Below, piece after piece: positions 52,541-64,000 of a stretch of 64,000 nt of DNA (positions are counted from its first letter, which is position 1; the number at the start of each line of letters is the position of its first letter). Both the position numbers and the translations under genes were made by a program. The notes under the pieces were generated by a model. It was not told the DNA's origin. It ran no database searches and saw only the letters and a list, made by a program, of their open reading frames with translations. The stretch comes from an uncultured Methanosarcinaceae archaeon (GTDB taxonomy: Archaea > Halobacteriota > Methanosarcinia > Methanosarcinales > Methanosarcinaceae), in assembly GCA_963721455.1 (NCBI GenBank), contig CAVRJG010000019.1, positions 32,001-96,000 of the forward strand. The letters run 5' to 3'.

Positions 52541-53692
52541 ATGAAGCAAGACCTTTTAGAAATCCTTGTTGATATCTTCAAATCATCCGGATACAATGTC
52601 ATAATATCGAGCCAGTTTGACATTCTTGTGGAGAAAAACGGGCATCAGGCTTATGTCAGGTGTGCCCTGCAGCCAGATTACGGGGAAATAAAAGCCTTTT
52701 CCGAAAAGATAGAGGAGTGTACAGGAATCTATGTAATGACCCAGAAAACATCTGGAGAATTAATTGATTATGCAGCTGAACTTGGGATTTATATCTGGGA
52801 TAGAGATGAACTGGCCCTTCAGATAGGAAGAGCGGTACTTGTAAACATAGAACTGAAGGCAAAAGATTCTTGTTCTGAGCCAGAAATCTCACCAACAAAT
52901 GATAAACGAGATTCACTCAGGGAACAAACTTTTGAAATGCCCGTCGAAAGCTGGAAAGCTGAGGAGGTCAGGCAGGAACCTTACGTTGACAGAGAACTTT
53001 TACCACTTCAGAGCCAGCCAGCAGAGAGAGAAAAAATCTCTTTCGAAACCAGATCCCTGCCGCGGATTTATAATGAGAGAAAAAATTCAAAGAAACTCGA
53101 ACAGGCTGAGATTACTAAATCCGACTCTTATGAAATGCTTAATATACAGTCAGTAGAGCCAAGGATTTCTAAAGATCAGGCGATTATCATTGCAAAACCC
53201 TATCTCAGCAACCCTAAGGATGCAATTTTGAAGTTTGTGCCTTTCTGGAAATACAGATATAATGTTGAGTCTGAAAAACGCTTCAGGTCGAAAGTTCTGA
53301 GTATTGCCGGAAAGGGAAAAGGTTTTCTTAACGCGCTAAATAAGTCAAGGGAAGAGATGGAAATCGAAGGTCTTGGCGCACCTACAAGAATTCCGTCTGT
53401 GCAGTATGAATTGAAAAGGCCGAATGTGGATAGAAAACAGGCAGAAAAGATCCTTCTAGGTTTAATTATAGAGGAGAATACACGCGAGATACGCTCTAAC
53501 AATATGGAAGGACAGGCAATTATATATGAACAAAGGAGTATCAGCCCAAGACCTGAAGAAATAGAACTCGACATGGAGTTTGTTTACATTCCTTTCTGGG
53601 AAGTAAAGGGGAAACGTAATTCTCTGGAGATTAATGCTTATAATGCAAAAATTTTGGAAGAGCCTATAGATGAGGATGCCGAATTCCTGTAA
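52541..53692 (+). CDS. Conserved hypothetical protein with N-terminal restriction-endonuclease-like fold
   Basis: SGYNV..FDILVEK...GIYIWDRDEL; two FVPFW/YIPFW motifs. Confidence 0.6.
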   Translation: MKQDLLEILVDIFKSSGYNVIISSQFDILVEKNGHQAYVRCALQPDYGEIKAFSEKIEECTGIYVMTQKTSGELIDYAAELGIYIWDRDELALQIGRAVLVNIELKAKDSCSEPEISPTNDKRDSLREQTFEMPVESWKAEEVRQEPYVDRELLPLQSQPAEREKISFETRSLPRIYNERKNSKKLEQAEITKSDSYEMLNIQSVEPRISKDQAIIIAKPYLSNPKDAILKFVPFWKYRYNVESEKRFRSKVLSIAGKGKGFLNALNKSREEMEIEGLGAPTRIPSVQYELKRPNVDRKQAEKILLGLIIEENTREIRSNNMEGQAIIYEQRSISPRPEEIELDMEFVYIPFWEVKGKRNSLEINAYNAKILEEPIDEDAEFL

Positions 53693-53990
53693 ATTGAAAG
53701 TCTGCAAAAAAGAATTAGAAGAAAAATATATAAAATAGAAAATATATTTACGTATTAGCAGAATATTAGGATTTCTTAGAAAGGAGTCCACATCCTGCTC
53801 TCCCAGAAATTCCTGCGGAAAAGTATTTTTCAGGGGAATAAAGCGCAAATTCTACATAAACGTTATATGCGTCAGATGGAAGAGTATATAACGTTTGGAA
53901 ATTATCTGTAAGCTGTAACGGATGGCATCTTGTAGAACATAAGTACGGAAATGTTTTAGAAGTATTGAAAGTAAAAAAAGAGGTGCATAA

Positions 53991-54311
53991 ATGATCGAAG
54001 TAACAGAAAAAGCTGCTTCAGAACTGAAGACACTGCTCGAACAGGAAGAGAAGCCTGAACTTGCCCTCAGAATCTTTGTTGCAGGGGTTGCCTGCAGCGG
54101 AGTTCAGTATGGACTTGCCTTTGATGATGAACTGAAGGAAGACGATGTAACGATGGAAAGCAACGGAATCAAACTCATTATGAATAAAGATATCGAAAGA
54201 AGCTTTTCTGATGGCGTCATTGATTTTGTTGAAGACGAGAATGGGAAAGGATTCCTTATCCGCAACCCCACAGCCGGTGGATGCGGTACCTGTGGCGGCG
54301 GATGCCATTAA
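53991..54311 (+). CDS. HesB/IscA Fe-S assembly accessory protein
   Basis: IEVTEKAA, CSGVQYGL, IDFVE..GF..RNP..GC..C..GC. Confidence 0.9.
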   Translation: MIEVTEKAASELKTLLEQEEKPELALRIFVAGVACSGVQYGLAFDDELKEDDVTMESNGIKLIMNKDIERSFSDGVIDFVEDENGKGFLIRNPTAGGCGTCGGGCH

Positions 54312-54395
54312 AGATAAAGTAAAACCGCGCTGAGGGTATTAAAAACCCGAACCTGAAGATGCAAACGAAAACAAAAACAAAGGAGAAGTGAGTAT

Positions 54396-54758
54396 ATGTT
54401 TCCAGGAATGGGAGGCGTGGGAGGCCGGGGAATGAACCCGGCTAAAATGAAGCAGATGATGAAGCAGATGGGAATTGATGTCAAAGAGCTCAAGGATGTT
54501 CAGGAAGTAATTATAAAGACTGCGGACTCTAATATCATTATAGAGAATGCAAATGTCAGTATAATGACAGTCCAGGGTTCGGAAACATACCAGATTGTAG
54601 GTGACGCAAAAGAAGTTCCGAAAGAACTGGAAATTCCCGTAGACGATATAAAACTTGTAATGGAGCAAACAGGTGTTTCTGAAGACGAAGCCATGAAAGC
54701 CCTGAAAAGCTCAAACGGAGATCTGGCAGAGGCCATTGTGGCACTTTCCTCTGCCTGA
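54396..54758 (+). CDS. nac: Nascent polypeptide-associated complex protein
   Basis: MNPAKMKQMMKQMGI; UBA domain DIKLVMEQTGVS...GDLAEAI. Confidence 0.95.
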   Translation: MFPGMGGVGGRGMNPAKMKQMMKQMGIDVKELKDVQEVIIKTADSNIIIENANVSIMTVQGSETYQIVGDAKEVPKELEIPVDDIKLVMEQTGVSEDEAMKALKSSNGDLAEAIVALSSA

Positions 54759-55245
54759 TTTTTTTATTTATAATTTTGTAATTATTTTGTGACTTAATAT
54801 CTAACTTTGAATATTTGTTCGAAAATATCTCATTTTAGGATCTGATTCTCTTATTCTGAGTCTTGCTTTAATTTTAGTTTTCACAGCTGTCTTTATAATA
54901 TTTGAAAAAATAGACAGTTGTGACTCTGCAGCGAGCAGTCCATTTTCACTAACTTCGCTCTCTCAAGCATAAAAAAGACGAGAAGAGATAAGAGAAATGT
55001 TGGCTCTTCGCTATTCGAGTAGGTAATTTAGAATCACGTTCTAAATTTGACACAACACATATAACATTTAAAAAGATTTATCATGGAAAATCACATTCAA
55101 AATCGATGATTATCTATTTTGTGTAGTTACTTTTCAACTGAAAATTATTTTCAATCCACACGAAACAGCGAAGAACCGAAATGTTTTACAATTTGATAGT
55201 AAAAGAAGCGGCTAACAAGAATAATAATAGTTTTCAAAAAATCAA

Positions 55246-55391
55246 TGAAAAACAGTATCAAAATAGAAAGTAAAAAGTGATTTAAAAGATTGCAATAGAG
55301 CAGTAAAAATAATATCAAAATAGAAAGTAAAAAGTGATTTAAAAGATTGCAATAGAGCAGTAAAAACAATATCAAAACAAAAAGTAAAAAA
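55246..55391. repeat. 57-bp tandem repeat, about 2.5 copies
   Basis: ATCAAAA at 55257, 55314 and 55371, with a near-identical intervening unit. Confidence 0.9.
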
Positions 55392-55423
55392 CAATTTTAG
55401 AATAGATTTAAAGTAGTATAGGG

Positions 55424-55552
55424 TGAGCATGGCAGCGATCCAGAGTTCCCGAAGACTCGCGTACTTCAGTACAGTAAGGAACGTGGACAGGCTTATCTTC
55501 TGTGTTCGGGATGGGTACAGGAGTTGCCCTGCCGCTATGGCCGCCAGACTCT
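55424..55552 (-). rRNA. rrf: 5S rRNA
   Basis: GGCGGCCATAGCGG...CCCATCCCGAACAC...GATCGCTGCC. Confidence 0.96.
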
Positions 55553-55577
55553 ACCTATAAATGGGATTGGGGAAAAT

Positions 55578-55627
55578 GATGAAGTCATGTATAGGTGTGC
55601 TGCATATTGAATTTCGCCTGGACCTGA
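55578..55627 (-). other. 3' arm of the pre-23S processing stem (pairs with ~58541-58589)
   Basis: ATGAAGTCATGTATAGGTG...CTGGACCTG is the inverted repeat of 58541-58589. Confidence 0.8.
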
Positions 55628-55635
55628 TATGGTGA

Positions 55636-58527
<2,892 letters not shown>

Positions 58528-58715
58528 TCCTGTTACACCTAACCAGGTCCAGTTAGCGTTCAATATACAGCACCTATACATGACTTCATGTACCTGAGTT
58601 TCCACACAGGCAATCCGTCCTTCCCCGAAAATTTACTTTCCGGGTGCATTAGAGAATGAAATGGTTTGAGGATTTGTCGGTTTATCGGCATCTGGGCGGT
58701 GGGTTTTTTATGCTT

Positions 58716-60193
<1,478 letters not shown>

Positions 60194-60300
60194 TGTTATA
60201 GCACACTTGCTTGAAATTAAAGGTCTTGGTCGCAGAAACTTGCACTAACAACTATCAATTCAGTTATTCTAAGTTTCGCGATGATGTGTTTTTGTAAAAA

Positions 60301-60346
60301 ACTCTCACCGCCCAGAATTAACCGAACCGACAAAATCCTCGTCAGA
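60301..60346 (-). other. 5' arm of the pre-16S processing (BHB) stem (pairs with ~58663-58705)
   Basis: Inverted complement of GAGGATTTGTCGGTTTATCGGCATCTGGGCGGTG, with 3-nt bulges. Confidence 0.8.
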
Positions 60347-60425
60347 CAGGAAATAACTCCTGGCTCCATTAAATGAGTAGTATTTGCTGCATTTATGATG
60401 CAGGAAATTATAGTTACGCACGCAT

Positions 60426-60450
60426 AGTATATAAAGGTAGTTATTCGCCC
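60426..60450 (-). promoter_or_regulatory. Probable rRNA operon promoter (BRE/TATA)
   Basis: Minus strand GCGAATAACTACCTTTATATAC upstream of the processing stem. Confidence 0.6.
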
Positions 60451-60944
60451 TTAAACAAAGGAGAATTATCAACCAGATAACTATGAGAGAACCTTCCAGC
60501 AAATTTGATGCCCATGCTGGAACGGGAAACATATATACATCAGTTGTAGTATATAAGTCTTTTCATTCAGGAGACATTGTGAAAAAAAACAAACTTAACA
60601 AATGAGAAAAACTTGTTTTATTTAGCCCCTGAATCCCACCCATGAATTAGAAATTCAAGAGCGACGCGCACTTGTTTTGTGCGTAGGACATACAAAGACA
60701 CATCTGATATAAATACCCATCGCCTATGCAAATACTTTGAAAAAAATAACAATCGAAAGGGAATGAGAAAAAATAAGAAGACGGCAGAAAAGCGCAGGAT
60801 TAAAATAATATTAAAATAATAATAGAAAGTTAAAAGCTGCAGAACGAATAACCTTAAAGCCAGAAAAAAGACATATAAGAGCACTTAAAGGCATAAAAAG
60901 CACAATAATAATTAATTACAAACTACAGGTAATGAGGTATCACA

Positions 60945-61274
60945 CTGGCAGACTTAAAGAAACCTACATCCAAAGTCAAGCCCGAAACGGAAGAGACAGT
61001 TACAAGAATACGCACGCCGCGAAGGGATAATAACGAGATCCTGGCAACTGTAGAGAGTCTTCTTGGCGCAAACCGCCTGAGGCTCCGTTGCATGGATGGG
61101 GTCGTTCGTATGGGAAGAATCCCCGGTTCAATGAAGAAAAAAACCTGGATTCGAGAAGGAGACGTAGTCATTGTCGTGCCATGGGAATTCCAGAACGAAA
61201 AAGCAGATGTGGTCTGGAAGTACACGAGGCCACAGGTAGACTGGCTTGAAAGGAAAGGGTACCTGAAAGGATAA
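60945..61274 (+). CDS. eif1a: Translation initiation factor aIF-1A, apparent CTG start
   Basis: [25 protein letters not shown]; coding similarity extends upstream of ATG 61092; GAGGT precedes CTG 60945. Confidence 0.9.
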   Translation: MADLKKPTSKVKPETEETVTRIRTPRRDNNEILATVESLLGANRLRLRCMDGVVRMGRIPGSMKKKTWIREGDVVIVVPWEFQNEKADVVWKYTRPQVDWLERKGYLKG

Positions 61275-61281
61275 CATAGGA

Positions 61282-62058
61282 ATGGACCAGGAAGAGAAAA
61301 TAAGGCGCATTGACAGCGCTAAAGATAAGTCGCGTGCCAGGGAGAAAGACTCCGAGCGGCTGAGGGTAGAAGAAAACGTATTCGATGTCTCCACCCTTAA
61401 ACTCCTTTACACTATCTCCAATAAGGGCATAATAAAGGCGCTGGGTGGATCTATCAGTACTGGAAAAGAAGCGAATGTATTCTATGCGGAAGGCCCGGAA
61501 AAGGAGCTGGCAGTAAAAATATATCGAATTACCAGCAGCACTTTCGCGGCTATGGACGTCTACATCATGAAGGACCCTCGCTTCACAAACATCCGAAATA
61601 ACAAGCGAGATATAATTTTTGCATGGACACGCAAGGAATTCCAGAACCTGAAACGTGCAAAAAGTGCAGGAGTCAGGGTCCCGGAGCCAGTGCTCGCCGA
61701 GAAAAATATTCTTATCATGGAATTTATGGGGGAAAAAGGGGTACCATACCCCCTACTAAAGAATACGCCTCTTGAAGGGGATGAGGTAAAACTTGTTTAT
61801 GACACAATCGTCGAATACATGCGCCTCCTTTATAAAGAAGCGAAGCTTGTACATGCCGATCTGAGCGAATATAACATCCTGATTGACCCAAACGACGTGA
61901 CTCCCATATTTATTGACATGGGGCAATCCGTGACCCTGGAACATCCTAACGCCCGAGAATTCCTCTACAGGGACGTGCAAAATATACTCAGGTTCTTCAG
62001 CCGCTACGGGATCAGGGACAAACCTGAAGAACTGCTTACAAAAATACAGGCGGAATAA
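61282..62058 (+). CDS. rio1: RIO1 serine/threonine kinase
   Basis: ISTGKEANVF, HADLSEYNIL, IDMGQSV. Confidence 0.95.
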   Translation: MDQEEKIRRIDSAKDKSRAREKDSERLRVEENVFDVSTLKLLYTISNKGIIKALGGSISTGKEANVFYAEGPEKELAVKIYRITSSTFAAMDVYIMKDPRFTNIRNNKRDIIFAWTRKEFQNLKRAKSAGVRVPEPVLAEKNILIMEFMGEKGVPYPLLKNTPLEGDEVKLVYDTIVEYMRLLYKEAKLVHADLSEYNILIDPNDVTPIFIDMGQSVTLEHPNAREFLYRDVQNILRFFSRYGIRDKPEELLTKIQAE

Positions 62059-62060
62059 CA

Positions 62061-62609
62061 ATGACTCAGTATGTCAAAATCCCCAAAGAAAGAGTAGGAG
62101 TAATCATAGGTCCGAAAGGAGAAACAAAAAAGTTTATTGAGGACAAAACCGCGTGTCAACTGGACATTGACAGCGAAAGTGGAAAAATAGATGTCACCTG
62201 TGAAGGAGATCCGTTAAAAGAATACAGAATTCTTGAAACCCTCAAAGCGATAGGAAGAGGCTTCAGCCCCGAAAAAGCCCTTGAACTTCTAGAAGACGAA
62301 ATGCTTATGCTTGAGGTCATTGACCTATCAGATGTTGCTACTACCCCAAAAGAGCTCCAGAGAATAAAAGGCAGGATCATAGGAAGAAATGGAAGAACCA
62401 GAGAGCTTGCAGAAACCCTGATAAACGTCAAGATTTCAGTATACGGAAAAACCGTATGCATACTTGGACACCCTGAACAGAACACTGTAGTACGGACAGC
62501 CATAAAGATGCTACTCGACGGGGCCACCCACGGTGCAGTCTACAAATTTCTGGAAAAAAAGCATCAGGAACTTATGCAGTCCCGCCTAGACTCGATTGAC
62601 TTTTATTAA
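62061..62609 (+). CDS. KH-domain rRNA processing protein (Dim2/Pno1)
   Basis: VIIGPKG, AIGRGFSP, RIIGRNG, GATHGAVY. Confidence 0.92.
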   Translation: MTQYVKIPKERVGVIIGPKGETKKFIEDKTACQLDIDSESGKIDVTCEGDPLKEYRILETLKAIGRGFSPEKALELLEDEMLMLEVIDLSDVATTPKELQRIKGRIIGRNGRTRELAETLINVKISVYGKTVCILGHPEQNTVVRTAIKMLLDGATHGAVYKFLEKKHQELMQSRLDSIDFY

Positions 62610-62855
62610 AAACGAAGAAAAGCCAATCTCCAGGAATTATAAACATTATTTAACTCTCCTGGAGACTGACTTTATTTAGTATATAAATTTATATTGAATC
62701 CAATAGTCACTTCAAGCTACTTTCGGCGAACAACTCCCCCTAAATTCTTCGCCTTACGGCTCAGTATTATGAAGAAGAGGACTTCCCGCCTTATTGTCAA
62801 ACAATTTTCATTTTTTGCTTAACCTTCTCGGGACCCTTTTCTTCAGTCCTGTGTT

Positions 62856-64000
62856 TCACTCAGCCTCTTCAGAGTTTTCTTCGTCATCCTCCGATAGTTT
62901 TCCTATTCCTTTCAGGAAACTGCCCCTTCCAGGTTTTGCATTGATCGATTCTTCAATCCAGATTACTTCGCCCCTAGAGAGAGTATACCGGGGGAAAACC
63001 CCATCCATACCCTCAAAGGGAGTCCAGCCCGCTTTACTGTGCAATAACTCGGCCCTTATAGGTCGAAGCTCGCGGGGATTTACAATAATCAGATCGGCAT
63101 CAAACCCCACCTCAAGCCTGCCTTTGGATTGGCGGTCCAGTCTGAAGGCTTTTGCCGGATTCCAGCTTGTAAGCATGATCATCCGTGAAAGCGGCAGGAT
63201 ATTTTTTCGGACTGCAGCAAGCATGAGAGGCATAAGGGTCTCAACCCCGGGCACCCCCGACGGAGCAAATTTTATATCAACGTCCTTTTCGGATTCAAGA
63301 TGTGGGGCATGATCCGAAGCCACCATATCAATAGTTCCGTCATTTATCCCATTTACAAGGGCTTTGATACTGTGGCTTCCCCGGAGAGGCGGATTCATTT
63401 TGCCAAAAGACCTGAGCCTTTCCCAGTCCCGTGTAGAGAGAAAAAGGTGATGAGGAGTAACTTCACAGGTAAAAAGAGGCTCTCTGTCCTCCCGTCTTGC
63501 AAGATATTTCTCTTTTCTTATCATGCCTGTAGCTTCAAGAGTACTGATATGGCAGAAATGCGCCCTTACTTTCAGTTCGGAAATAAGCTCCAGGGCTTTT
63601 TGAACAGCAGCCGCTTCACATGCGTTGGGACGCACTCTTGAATGGTACTCACAGGAAATATCCCCTTTTAACAGCTCTTCCAGCTCCAGGCGCATCTTAT
63701 CGTCTTCGGCATGTATTGTCGCAAGGGCCCCAAGACTTTTGATCTCGACAAGGGCTTCTTCAAAGGTTTCTTCATTGATATTTAGCCCTCCTGTAGACTC
63801 GGCCATGAAGATTTCCCCAAAAGCAGTAACCCCCAGTTTCCAGAGTTCTTCTAATTTCTCTATATTGCCCGTTACCCCACCATTGATCCCGAAGTCGACA
63901 ATAGACTTTCCGCTGGCAAGTTTAAGTTTTTGTTCGAAAGACCGCCTCTCGGTTGTGGGAGGGACTGTATTGGGCTGATCGATGACAGTAGTAATTCCTC
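62856..64000 (-). CDS. pyrC: Dihydroorotase (5' end outside window)
   Basis: GITTVIDQPNT, HAED, CEVTPHHL, KMNPPLR, SDHAPH, GWTPFEG. Confidence 0.93.
   Translation of the reverse strand, partial: GITTVIDQPNTVPPTTERRSFEQKLKLASGKSIVDFGINGGVTGNIEKLEELWKLGVTAFGEIFMAESTGGLNINEETFEEALVEIKSLGALATIHAEDDKMRLELEELLKGDISCEYHSRVRPNACEAAAVQKALELISELKVRAHFCHISTLEATGMIRKEKYLARREDREPLFTCEVTPHHLFLSTRDWERLRSFGKMNPPLRGSHSIKALVNGINDGTIDMVASDHAPHLESEKDVDIKFAPSGVPGVETLMPLMLAAVRKNILPLSRMIMLTSWNPAKAFRLDRQSKGRLEVGFDADLIIVNPRELRPIRAELLHSKAGWTPFEGMDGVFPRYTLSRGEVIWIEESINAKPGRGSFLKGIGKLSEDDEENSEEAE

Noticed and set aside
55246-55391. Possible mini-CRISPR and ORFs 55151-55430
   Set aside because: Units are contiguous with no unique spacers; the ORFs are repeat artefacts

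Overview
Methanosarcina-like archaeal chromosome window. 1-9.3 kb is backbone: the 3' end of a trimethylamine methyltransferase operon (corrinoid protein, MttP-type permease, two small ORFs), regulators, rps8e, Nob1 and an OPRT-like gene. 9.4-36.6 kb is an accessory cell-surface glycan island: GNAT, deacetylase, three GT4s, epimerase, PaaK/CapK-like ligase, DUF362, a frameshifted Wzy-like protein and a flippase, mostly lying between two disaggregatase-like beta-helix paralogs. It also holds IS remnants, MITEs and a complete group II intron. 36.9-64 kb is backbone again, including a minus-strand 16S-23S-5S operon and the aIF1A-rio1-KH cluster. Top observations: (1) a ~600-nt non-coding region at ~35.93-36.55 kb with many nested helices, a GNRA loop and a possible pseudoknot, a candidate large structured ncRNA; (2) a group II intron whose EBS1/EBS2 match the terminal inverted repeat of a MITE, and which is inserted in one; (3) aIF1A has no canonical start codon and apparently begins at CTG; (4) near-identical paralog DNA brackets the glycan cassette. 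All calls were made by eye; no searches or folding programs were run.
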